Source: an uncultured bacterium
Lineage (GTDB): Bacteria > Acidobacteriota > Thermoanaerobaculia > Multivoradales > JAHZIX01
Reading direction: 5' to 3'
NCBI GenBank assembly: GCA_965368975.1
Contig: CBDUPA010000002.1
Coordinates: 288,001 to 352,000, forward strand
Length of the DNA: 64,000 nt
Numbering within the stretch: the stretch's first letter is position 1; each line of letters opens with the position of its first letter. The notes beneath the pieces are model-generated. The model had not been told where the DNA came from. It searched no databases and saw nothing but the letters and a program-made list of their open reading frames with translations. The translations under genes and the position numbers were made by a program. Of this stretch, positions 55,750 to 64,000 are shown in pieces.

Positions 55750-57999
55750 ATGGATCCACCCTCTCCCTCCGTCTTCATCAGCTATAGTCACGACACCGAC
55801 GAGCACAAACAGCGTGTCCTGGCGCTGGCGGATCGGCTGCGCCAGGACGGGATCGACGCGATTCTCGATCGCTACGCGGGGTCCCCGGAGGAAGGCTGGC
55901 CGAGATGGATGTTCGGACAGATCAAGGCTGCCGACTTCGTGCTCGTCGTCTGTACCGAGACGTATTACCAGCGCTTCTGGGGCCTGGCGCTGGACGGGCT
56001 CGGTGTGAACTGGGAAGGCGCCATTCTCACTCACTCCCTCTACGCCGCCCGTAGCTGGAATCCGCGCTTCGTGCCTGTCCTCTTCGACACCGAAGACAAG
56101 TCACACATCCCCGAGATCTTCAGCGTCTCCTACTTCTCAGTCTCCACAGAAGCAGGGTATCTCGACCTCTACCGCCACCTGACAGGTCAACCCGAGACAC
56201 CGCCCCCGCCCATTGGCCCACCACGAGAACTCCCGCCGTCCGACCGCCCTGACCCCCTCTTCGAGAGCGACGAAACCCGCGGCTTCTCCAAAGAGCTACA
56301 GTCCGCGCGACAGGAAAGGAAAGCCCTGTCACTCCGAGGCGAGGACATCACTACCGTCCAGGAACGCATCCTCGACCTGAGACGCAAGCTGCGCGCCGGA
56401 CCACAGCTGCAAGCCGGGGACCTGTTGCTCGACCGCTTCGAGCTGGTGGAGGAGATCGGTCACGGCGGCTTTGCGGTGGTGTGGAAAGCCTGGGACGAGG
56501 AGGACGAGGTAGTTGTCGCGGTCAAGGTGCTGCACGGCCAGTACTGCAAAGACCGCACTCGCCGCCAGCGCTTCTTCAACGGCGCCAGGCGCATGGCGAA
56601 GTTGCACCATCCGCACGTCGTCAAAGTGCTGCACCAGAAGCAGGTCGACGATGGTCATTACTTTTTCGTGATGGAGTACCTGCCCGGTGGTGACTTCCGG
56701 CAAGCCGTCTGCAGCGGTGCTCTCTCGCAAGATGAACGCCTACAGGTCGTGCGTCAGATCGGAGATGCACTGGAATACGCCCATGAAAGACAGGTAATCC
56801 ACCGCGACGTCAAACCCCACAACATCCTGCTGGACACAGATGGCACCCCCAAGCTGACCGATTTCGACCTGGTGCGCGCGCTCGAGTCAACGCAGGGGAC
56901 CAAGACCGGCTTCTTGGGTACACCGCTGTACGCGGCACCGGAGATGATGGAACGCCCACAGGACGCAGGGCCCGCGGCGGATGTCTATGGATTGGGGATG
57001 ACGGCGCTGTTTGCCCTGGCGGAGCGGGAACTGCCGCTGTCCCTGATGCGGGGAGTCGATGCCTTCCTGGCAGACTTGCAAGCACCAGAGCCCATCAAGA
57101 AGGCAGTCCATCGGGCGGTAGCATGGAACGTCCAAGAGCGGTTCAGCTCAGTAGCGGAGTTCTGCAGCGCGTTGGAGCTGCCCCGCAAGCCGACCCGGGT
57201 GGAGCCGCAAGCTGCACGATCAACGCGACCGCGACTAGCCTGCGGGAGTACGGGAGAGATTCTGCCACCGACCCAGGTCCGCGAGCGCCAATACGGAGAA
57301 TTGGGCATCGAGCTGGTGCACGTACCGGCCGGTGTGTATCCGATGGGTGCCAAGGGCATCAAGTACGCCGAACCAGTTCACCAAGTACAACTCAGCGAGT
57401 TCTGGATCGGCAAGTACCCCGTGACCCGCGAGCAGTACGCCGCGTTTCTGAAGGCCCATCCAGATCATGCGAAGCCACTCTTGTGGACCGAGGAGGGCTT
57501 TCAGCAGCCACGTCAACCCGTGGTCGGCGTGAACTGGCACGATGCCAAAGCCTTCTGTGGGTGGATCGGCGCACAGCTCCCCACCGAGGCGCAGTGGGAA
57601 GCCGCGGCGCGCGGCCCAGAGGGTCGGCCGTATCCATGGGGTCCTGCTGAGCCGACGAAGCAACTCGCCTGCTTCGGGCAAGACTGGGAGACGGGAAGTC
57701 CGGAAGCGGTCGATGCGCTACCCGAGGGTCAGGGGCCGTTTGGCACCTGGGCTCAGGCGGGCCACGTCTGGGAATGGTGCGAGGACGGCTGGGATGAGAA
57801 TGCCTACGCCGAGCGCGCGAAACGCATTCTGGAAGATCCCGCCCATGCCGCCGACAAATCTGCGTATCGTGTGCTGCGCGGCGGGTCTTGGGCCCACCAG
57901 GCCAGGAACCTGCGGGCCGCGTCCCGGAACAGGCTCAGGGCCGACTATCGGTACCGGAGCATCGGGTTCCGTGTCTGTGTGTCGTCCTCCGAGCCTTGA
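55750..57999 (+). CDS. SEFIR/TIR - Ser/Thr kinase - FGE-sulfatase (CLec) protein; DGR target 1
   Basis: VFISYSHD...GWPRWM; IGHGGFAVV, VAVK, HRDVKPHN, DFDL; LPTEAQWE, GHVWEW, RVLRGGSW, GFR. Confidence 0.9.
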   Translation: MDPPSPSVFISYSHDTDEHKQRVLALADRLRQDGIDAILDRYAGSPEEGWPRWMFGQIKAADFVLVVCTETYYQRFWGLALDGLGVNWEGAILTHSLYAARSWNPRFVPVLFDTEDKSHIPEIFSVSYFSVSTEAGYLDLYRHLTGQPETPPPPIGPPRELPPSDRPDPLFESDETRGFSKELQSARQERKALSLRGEDITTVQERILDLRRKLRAGPQLQAGDLLLDRFELVEEIGHGGFAVVWKAWDEEDEVVVAVKVLHGQYCKDRTRRQRFFNGARRMAKLHHPHVVKVLHQKQVDDGHYFFVMEYLPGGDFRQAVCSGALSQDERLQVVRQIGDALEYAHERQVIHRDVKPHNILLDTDGTPKLTDFDLVRALESTQGTKTGFLGTPLYAAPEMMERPQDAGPAADVYGLGMTALFALAERELPLSLMRGVDAFLADLQAPEPIKKAVHRAVAWNVQERFSSVAEFCSALELPRKPTRVEPQAARSTRPRLACGSTGEILPPTQVRERQYGELGIELVHVPAGVYPMGAKGIKYAEPVHQVQLSEFWIGKYPVTREQYAAFLKAHPDHAKPLLWTEEGFQQPRQPVVGVNWHDAKAFCGWIGAQLPTEAQWEAAARGPEGRPYPWGPAEPTKQLACFGQDWETGSPEAVDALPEGQGPFGTWAQAGHVWEWCEDGWDENAYAERAKRILEDPAHAADKSAYRVLRGGSWAHQARNLRAASRNRLRADYRYRSIGFRVCVSSSEP
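57867..57999 (+). repeat. DGR variable region VR1
   Basis: 119/133 nt identical to the reverse complement of 58663-58795; differences confined to codon positions 1-2. Confidence 0.88.
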
Positions 58000-58042
58000 T
58001 TCTTGGCCCTTGGGCCTTGTTCCCCTTCCGGTTTCCCCCTCC

Positions 58043-58067
58043 GTGTTGACAGTGACACTGTCAACAC
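58043..58067. other. 25-bp palindrome downstream of VR1
   Basis: GTGTTGACAGTG-a-CACTGTCAACAC. Confidence 0.85.
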
Positions 58068-58094
58068 TCCGGCAGCATTGACAATGTCAACACG

Positions 58095-58340
58095 TCAACA
58101 ACCGAAGCCCAGAACTCCGCGCCACGAAGCCAGCGAACGCTCCAGCGTGGTCAGATCACCGCGAGCGAGCAGAGCCAGGCGCTTGCGGAACCGCTGGGTA
58201 GCCTTCTTGCCAACCTCGATTCCCTGTCGCGAGATTCGGTAGCCCAGGTACGGCTGGGTACCGATGGAGCTGCGGATGTGCCCCTTGCGAACATTCAAGG
58301 CCAGGCGGCGCTGCTGCCACAGCCAGGCCCGGACCTCGCC
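58095..58340 (-). pseudogene. C-terminal remnant of a DGR-type reverse transcriptase
   Basis: EVRAWLWQQRRLALNVRK...PYLGYRI...RFRKRL...SLASWRGVL resembles RT motifs 6/7 and thumb. No YxDD motif and no start codon of its own. Confidence 0.75.
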
Positions 58341-58537
58341 ACCGCCAAACGCGTGGCGCGCTCCTGCCGGGCCTGCGCGGCACAAATGCGCGCCTCGTTC
58401 AAGGGCAGGTCTTCGCGCTTCAGACTCCAGCGTCCATCGACCTTCCGCGCCGGAAGGTCGCCCTGGCGTATGCGGTACCGGAGCTGAAGCTCCGACTTCC
58501 CAAGCAACCGTGCGGCTTCCGACAAGGACAATTCCAT
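58341..58537 (-). pseudogene. Truncated excisionase/MerR-like HTH protein (probable DGR accessory gene N-terminus)
   Basis: MELSLSEAARLLGKSELQLRYRIRQGDLPARKVDGRW; abuts the RT remnant in a different frame. Confidence 0.7.
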
Positions 58538-58662
58538 GTCGACATTGGTAACAAAATTTCCCCGTGCACGTCAAGAACCACGATGCTACAAACCGAACCC
58601 AGCAGAATCTTAGCTTAGGAAGAAATTCTAGGCATTCCGGAACAAGGCTCAAATACCAAGTC

Positions 58663-58795
58663 TCAAAGCTCGGAGGACGACACACAGACACGGAACCCGA
58701 AGTACCGGTTCCGATCGTCGGCCCCGTACCTGTTCCGGTACGCGGCCCGCAGGTGCCAGGCCTGGGAGGCCCAAGACCCGCCGCGCAGCACACGA
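58663..58795 (-). repeat. DGR variable region VR2
   Basis: Paralogue of VR1 with the same mismatch pattern. Confidence 0.88.
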
Positions 58796-61700
58796 ACCGC
58801 AGGATCTCGACTGGTGGAGAGCGGATCTGTTGACAAAGTGTCAACACGTTTCTGGTACGCCTTCTCGTCCCAGGCATCCGCACACCACTCCCAGACGTTG
58901 CCGGCTTGGTCCAGGGTACCGAAGGGCCCAGCCCCCTGGGGATAGGCATCCACCGGCGTGGTCTTACCCACGTGGGCGTTCCAGTCGTCATCGGCAAAAT
59001 TTGCAACTTCAGGTGTTGGCTCGCCCTCACCCCACGGGTATTTTCGACCCTCTGGCCCACGCGCGGCCGCTTCCCACCGCGCCTCGCTCGGGAGTTCCAG
59101 CCCCGCCCACGCGCAGTAGGCCTGTGCCTCGTTCCAGCTCACGCCCACCACCGGTTGATCCGGCTGGTTGAACTGCTTGTCGTCCCAGATTTCCGGCTTC
59201 GGCTGGTCCGGCTTTGCCTCCAGGAACTCCTGGAACTGCGCATTGGTCACCGGGTACTTGCCGATCCAGTAGGGGCTGAGCCGCACTGCGTGGAAAGGCT
59301 TCTCGTCGTCGGTAATGTCATCAGCTCCCATCGGATACTCCCCACCGGGAACGAAGACCAGCACCGAACCGTCCTTCTCATGCACCCGCTCCTGCCCGGC
59401 CCTCGCCTCTTCCCCGCTACGCGCAGGTTCGGCGACCGGCCCCCCTGCAGGATGCGCCTCCTTGCCCAGCAGCTCCGCCGCCAGCCGCCGGACCGCCGCA
59501 GTCGCTTCCGCGTTCTCGGCCAGCCGGCCGACAATCTCGACACCGGATTCCTCGCCCACCCGAGCCTCTCGCCAGCCGCGCAATCCCCGCAGCGGGCGCA
59601 GCGCGTGGTAGCACTCGTCCGAGCTGTCCAGCCCGCGCTGCAGCGCTTCCAGGAACGGTAGCGGCGTGCTGACGTGTGCATCACGCAGGCAGTCATCGAC
59701 CAGAGAAGCGTCCTGCGCCAGCACGCCGGCACGCAAGCAGGCGTCCATCAGCGGCCGGAAGAGGGACGGCGTGCTCAGGCCCAGCGCTAGCAGGATCACC
59801 TCGCGCCACCACTTCTCCCCGAAGTGCTCGGCCAGTTCGTCCAGCCCGCCCGGTTCCCCCACGCGGTTCTGGAAATACAGAGCGCACAGATACTCCTGGA
59901 AGCTCAAGTGCAAGAAACCGTAGTTGCCCTCGCCCACTGCCACCAGAACGCCGCTCTGTTGCCGAATCTCCTCCAGCAAGCTGAGACCTTCTTCGGGATC
60001 GCGGCCCAGTTCGCGCAGAGGCTCGCGCAGCTGCTCGGCCAACTCGACGCCCGGGGCTTCCCGCTCTTCTGCGCGGTGCAGATAGTAAGCCAGCGGCTGC
60101 AGCAGGGTCATGGCTTCCTTGGCCGACAGGTCGATCCGTAGCCCCTTGGCGCCGCGCCAGGTTTCCAGCAGCACCATTACGCACTCTTCGTACAGGTCGA
60201 CGCGACGGCCCGGCAGGCTGCGACGGTCACGGTGGACGAGGCACAGGTTCTGCAGCATCAGCGGATTGGTGGCGAGCTTCCGCAAGCTCTCGGTGCGCGG
60301 ATCGTCGCCTTCGAAGATGTCGGCGCACAGGCGGTCGGCCTTGGCGTCGGCAGCGGCTTCCAGCTCGGCTTCGCCGTCCGTGGTGTCCACATCACCCAGC
60401 GTCGCCACCGCCTCGCCGACTCCTTCCAGGCGCTCGACCACCCGGTACCAATCGCGAATGAAACGCCGCGCCTCTTGCGGCTTCAAGTCCTGGACGTGCA
60501 GCTCCAGGAAGCGACCGCCCAGGCGGGCATCGCCTTGGTAGCCGGCGTAGCGACTGGTGACGACGAAGCGGCTGCGCGGGTACTGGTCCAGAGCCTTGTC
60601 CAGCCAGGCTGAAACGGCGGCACGCTCGCTCGGGTCGGCGACTTCGTCGAGGCCGTCGAGCAGCACCAGCAGGCCGCCCCGGTCACGCAGGTACTGCGCG
60701 AGCTTGCGGCAGCGCTCGGGACTCTCGGGGCCGTCGAGTTGGAAGCCCAGCGCCGCTTCGAGTGCGGCCGCGAAGCCGGCGGTGGGATCGGGCAGACGGC
60801 GCAGCTCGATCAGCACGGGGATGGTTTCCGCCGGCAAGCCGAGCGCCACCGGACCGGCCGGTTCGGTGGCCAGCTGGACGAAGTGCTTGAGCAGGGTCGT
60901 TTTGCCGCTGCCTGGATCGCCGAGCACAACGACGCCCGGTAGCTGGTAGCGCTGGGCGAGTTGCAGGGCTTGGTCGAAGGGAAGATCCCGGCGCTCGTCC
61001 TGTTGTTCCTGCGCCAACTTCCGCAGATCCCTGCGGCTGCGCACCTCACCGTGTTCTGCCTCGAACATGCTGTGCCGCACGTTGGCGCGCAGCGGCACGT
61101 AGACCTTCTCCAGCTCCAGCCCGACGCGCAGCTTGGTGACGAAGCCGGCCAGGCGCAGGTAGGCGTGCTCGGCGCGCAGGCGTTCCAGGTAGCGGGGCAG
61201 GGTTGGCGGGGCTTGTGCGGGAGGCGTCTTCGGCGCGGATGTCACCGGCTGAGCTTCGACTTCCTGAGAGCTGCTGGTTTCCAACTCCTTCAACCAGTTC
61301 AGCTGCAGCGGCCAGACGCCGTCTTCCGCATGCTTGGCCACCGGCCGCCGTACCCAGCCGCCACCGTCCGCATCAAAGCGACGCAGCCAGACCTCTCCTT
61401 GCCCTGCCATCGGCTTCAGACAGACCAGGCTGTAGCCGTTCTCGATCTTGGAGCCCTGATAGCACGCTGCCGCCGAAAAGACGACGTAGTTCCCGCCTTC
61501 CAGCGGCTCGACCCACTTTTTGTGCTCGTGGCCATGAAGCAAAAAACGAAAATCTTGTCGCAAGCCACGGCTGAAGTCGTTCTCTTCCGCCTCGACTAGC
61601 CAGTTCGGTGGATGATGTGCCAGCGCGATGCGGACATCGGCGGAGCGCAGCTCGGGGGCGAGCTTCTGCTGCTGCCAATCGCCCGCCATCCACAGCTGGC

Positions 61701-62289
61701 CCTTTTCGCCGTTGCGATGGCAGGACCAAGCGGAATTGAAACCACCGATGCCGACGCGCAAGCCGTCGAAATCGCGAATCGCCGTGTAGATCAGGTGCTG
61801 GGCGTGGTCAGCTGGCAGCAGGTGTTGATAACCGTGGCGGTTCAGCGCGTCGCGGTATGGCTTCAGCCGGACGGTGACCTGCTGCCAGTCGATACCGGCT
61901 TGCTGGACCATCTCGACGACGTCGGACAGCTCCTTCAATCCCGCTTGCCAGGTCTTGACCATGGTCGAGACCTGAGTGCGGTCGACGTCGTGGTTGCCCG
62001 GCACCAGGAAGACATTGGTCTTCAGCAGGGATGGCTCGAAGGCGGTCCGCACCGCCTCCAGGAACTTGAAGGCCACATCGAACTGGTCACGCAGGTTACG
62101 CCCCTCTTCCGGCCCCAGTTGCCCAAAGGCGAGATCCCCGGTGAAGAAGATCAGGTCCGGGCGCAATCCCTCGTCACGTTGTAAGCGTTGCAGGTCGTCG
62201 ACCAGCTTGCGCGTCACGCGTTCGGCATCCCAACCGTGCTTGGGATTGCAGGCGTGCAGATCAGAAAGGTGTAGCCAAGTCAGAAACAA
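58663..62289 (-). CDS. Metallophosphoesterase - NACHT NTPase - FGE-sulfatase (CLec) protein; DGR target 2
   Basis: HLSDLH, FTGDLA, VPGNHD, AHHPP, LHGHEH; GDPGSGKTTLL, LLDGLDE, VTSR, NPLML, FLHLSFQEY; GNVWEW, RVLRGGSW. Confidence 0.92.
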   Translation of the reverse strand: MFLTWLHLSDLHACNPKHGWDAERVTRKLVDDLQRLQRDEGLRPDLIFFTGDLAFGQLGPEEGRNLRDQFDVAFKFLEAVRTAFEPSLLKTNVFLVPGNHDVDRTQVSTMVKTWQAGLKELSDVVEMVQQAGIDWQQVTVRLKPYRDALNRHGYQHLLPADHAQHLIYTAIRDFDGLRVGIGGFNSAWSCHRNGEKGQLWMAGDWQQQKLAPELRSADVRIALAHHPPNWLVEAEENDFSRGLRQDFRFLLHGHEHKKWVEPLEGGNYVVFSAAACYQGSKIENGYSLVCLKPMAGQGEVWLRRFDADGGGWVRRPVAKHAEDGVWPLQLNWLKELETSSSQEVEAQPVTSAPKTPPAQAPPTLPRYLERLRAEHAYLRLAGFVTKLRVGLELEKVYVPLRANVRHSMFEAEHGEVRSRRDLRKLAQEQQDERRDLPFDQALQLAQRYQLPGVVVLGDPGSGKTTLLKHFVQLATEPAGPVALGLPAETIPVLIELRRLPDPTAGFAAALEAALGFQLDGPESPERCRKLAQYLRDRGGLLVLLDGLDEVADPSERAAVSAWLDKALDQYPRSRFVVTSRYAGYQGDARLGGRFLELHVQDLKPQEARRFIRDWYRVVERLEGVGEAVATLGDVDTTDGEAELEAAADAKADRLCADIFEGDDPRTESLRKLATNPLMLQNLCLVHRDRRSLPGRRVDLYEECVMVLLETWRGAKGLRIDLSAKEAMTLLQPLAYYLHRAEEREAPGVELAEQLREPLRELGRDPEEGLSLLEEIRQQSGVLVAVGEGNYGFLHLSFQEYLCALYFQNRVGEPGGLDELAEHFGEKWWREVILLALGLSTPSLFRPLMDACLRAGVLAQDASLVDDCLRDAHVSTPLPFLEALQRGLDSSDECYHALRPLRGLRGWREARVGEESGVEIVGRLAENAEATAAVRRLAAELLGKEAHPAGGPVAEPARSGEEARAGQERVHEKDGSVLVFVPGGEYPMGADDITDDEKPFHAVRLSPYWIGKYPVTNAQFQEFLEAKPDQPKPEIWDDKQFNQPDQPVVGVSWNEAQAYCAWAGLELPSEARWEAAARGPEGRKYPWGEGEPTPEVANFADDDWNAHVGKTTPVDAYPQGAGPFGTLDQAGNVWEWCADAWDEKAYQKRVDTLSTDPLSTSRDPAVRVLRGGSWASQAWHLRAAYRNRYGADDRNRYFGFRVCVSSSEL

Positions 62290-62306
62290 AGAATCTCAGG
62301 CCCCGT

Positions 62307-62346
62307 GCAGTGATGATGTAGCAGTGATGATGTAGCAGTGATGATG
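62307..62346. repeat. 14-bp tandem repeat (~2.9 copies) in a divergent intergenic region
   Basis: GCAGTGATGATGTA units. Confidence 0.9.
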
Positions 62347-62419
62347 GAACTGTGCAGCATGATACCGGATGCGGCTTGGCCGCAGGCCCGGGGGAGAGTG
62401 ATATCCTCCCCGCCAGCTC

Positions 62420-63001
62420 ATGAAAACTTGGCTCGGCTTCGCGCGCGGCATCGACCGCTTGAATGACCTCGTTGGCCACGGCATCCGCTGGCTGGTGCTG
62501 GCGATGGTGCTGCTGGGCGCCTACAACGCGGTGGGGCGCTATGTCGGACGCTCGCTCGACCTACAGCTGAGTTCCAACGCCTATCTCGAGGCGCAGTGGT
62601 ACATGTTCAGCCTAGTCTTCCTGCTCGCCGCGGCCTATGCGCTCGGGCACGACAACCACGTACGGGTGGACGTGCTCTACTCGCGCCTGTCGCCGCGCGG
62701 ACGCCTGTGGATCGACCTGGTGGGCAATCTGCTCTTCCTGCTGCCCTTCTGCGTCTTCATGCTGTGGGTCTCGTGGCCCTCGGTGGCCAACTCGTGGAAG
62801 GTATGGGAGGGCTCTCCGGACCCCGGCGGCCTGCCGCGGTATCCGCTCAAGAGCATGATCTTGGTGGCTTTCGTGCTCATCCTGCTCCAGGGAGTGTCGC
62901 TGACGATCCAGAACATCGCACGCCTGCGTGGAATCCTGCCGTTCGAAGACGACGACTCTCCGATGGAACATGAGCCGCTGACGGACGGAGGGCACCTGTA
63001 G
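62420..63001 (+). CDS. dctQ: TRAP transporter small permease
   Basis: EAQWYMF, HVRVDVLY and SPDPGGLP motifs. Confidence 0.92.
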   Translation: MKTWLGFARGIDRLNDLVGHGIRWLVLAMVLLGAYNAVGRYVGRSLDLQLSSNAYLEAQWYMFSLVFLLAAAYALGHDNHVRVDVLYSRLSPRGRLWIDLVGNLLFLLPFCVFMLWVSWPSVANSWKVWEGSPDPGGLPRYPLKSMILVAFVLILLQGVSLTIQNIARLRGILPFEDDDSPMEHEPLTDGGHL

Positions 63002-64000
63002 TGGAAGGCGACTGGATGGGGCCGCTGATGTTTGTGGTCGCCTTCTTCCTGATTTTCTCGGGATATCCGGTGGCCTTTTCACTCGGGGGCACAGCGCTGA
63101 TTTTCGCCGTTCTCGGGGTCGAGATGGGCTTCTTCGATTGGGGGCTGCTGTTCGCCATGCCGGAGCGCACGTTCGGCATCATGTCGAACTCGATCCTGCT
63201 GGCGGTGCCGTTCTTTATCTTCATGGGCACGGTGCTCGAGAAGTCGCGCCTGGCGGAAGATCTGCTCAAGACGATTGGCACGCTCTTCGGCCGTCTGCGC
63301 GGCGGGCTGGCGCTGGCGGTGGTTTTCGTGGGTGCGCTGCTGGCGGCGGCAACGGGCGTGGTGGGTGCGTCGGTGGTGGCGATGGGGCTGATCTCGCTGC
63401 CCGTGATGATGCGCTACAACTACTCGCCCGAGTTGTCGACCGGCGTGATCACCGCCGCCGGGACGCTGGGACAGATCATTCCGCCGTCTGTGGTGCTGGT
63501 GGTGCTGGCGGACCAGTTGGGAATCTCGGTGGGCGATCTTTTCGTCGGCTCACTGCTACCCGGTGTGATGTTGGCGGGCCTGTACGGGGTGTACGTCGCG
63601 GGTGTCGCCACGTTCCGCCCCGAAGCCGCACCGGCGCTGCCAGCGGAAGAGCGCAGCATGCCGGTTGGCCAGTTGCTCAAGCAGGTGGTGGTCGTGATGC
63701 TGCCGCCGCTGGTGCTGATCGTGCTGGTGCTGGGCAGCATCTTCTTCGGCATCGCGACGCCGACCGAGGCTGGGGCACTGGGTGCCGTCGGCGCGATGGG
63801 CTTGGCCTTGCTGCACCGCCGCCTGGACCGCAAGGCCCTCACCGCGACGCTGGATGAGACGACCAAGCTGACCACCATGGTGGTGATGTTGCTGATCGGC
63901 TCGACGGCGTTTGCACTGGTGTTCCGCGGTCTCTACGGCGACGTGTGGATCGAGGAGTTGCTGACCAACTTGCCGGGCGGTGTGATCGGTTTGCTGATCG
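63001..64000 (+). CDS. dctM: TRAP transporter large permease (truncated by the window end)
   Basis: GTG 63001 reads MEGDWMGPLMF...GYPVAFSLGG...LAVPFFIFMG..LEKS...GTLGQIIPPS...ATPTEAGALG. Confidence 0.92.
   Translation, partial: MEGDWMGPLMFVVAFFLIFSGYPVAFSLGGTALIFAVLGVEMGFFDWGLLFAMPERTFGIMSNSILLAVPFFIFMGTVLEKSRLAEDLLKTIGTLFGRLRGGLALAVVFVGALLAAATGVVGASVVAMGLISLPVMMRYNYSPELSTGVITAAGTLGQIIPPSVVLVVLADQLGISVGDLFVGSLLPGVMLAGLYGVYVAGVATFRPEAAPALPAEERSMPVGQLLKQVVVVMLPPLVLIVLVLGSIFFGIATPTEAGALGAVGAMGLALLHRRLDRKALTATLDETTKLTTMVVMLLIGSTAFALVFRGLYGDVWIEELLTNLPGGVIGLLI

Noticed and set aside
58000-58662. Possible template repeat (TR) in the DGR spacer
   Set aside because: No third, A-rich copy of the VR sequence was seen here or elsewhere in the window.
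58095-59060. 321-aa ORF in the track
   Set aside because: Chimeric: its 5' part is an alternative frame of the NACHT gene and intergenic DNA. Only the last ~80 codons look like real (RT) protein.
62289-62360. Frameshift phase variation of the NACHT gene via the 14-bp repeat
   Set aside because: Removing one unit puts ATG 62360 in frame, but an in-frame TGA remains between the repeat and the gene.
1-64000. tRNA/rRNA genes, prophage, integrase or intact transposase
   Set aside because: None recognisable by eye; intergenic spaces are short and lack cloverleaf or rRNA signatures.

Overview
High-GC bacterial window. The gene content (tricorn protease, ELWxxDGT and VPS10/BNR proteins, pilB, split rfaE1/rfaE2, ECF sigma/ZAS anti-sigma) suggests a diderm, probably Acidobacteriota-like, organism; this is an inference. 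Most of it is housekeeping, envelope and proteolysis genes. Five accessory elements stand out. (1) A diversity-generating retroelement (DGR) locus at 55.7-62.3 kb. Two convergent multidomain genes (SEFIR/TIR-kinase-FGE and metallophosphoesterase-NACHT-FGE) end in 133-nt paralogous variable regions with an adenine-mutagenesis signature. They flank a deleted DGR core in which an HTH gene fragment abuts the 3' end of an RT, with no template repeat. (2) Two diverged, lower-GC copies of an unannotated cassette: a short exported peptide ending GTINPxxLxCSGAPTNC followed by a ~380-420 aa exported beta-rich protein. (3) A complete group II intron inserted directly after an ATG that is in frame with its RT. 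(4) A ~210-nt multi-stem RNA between an ECF sigma gene and its anti-sigma gene that can occlude the anti-sigma RBS. (5) An uncharacterised, translationally coupled operon (ATP-grasp-like, membrane and NDT/DUF4406-like proteins). No rRNA, tRNA or CRISPR array was seen. All product calls come from reading motifs by eye, not from database searches.
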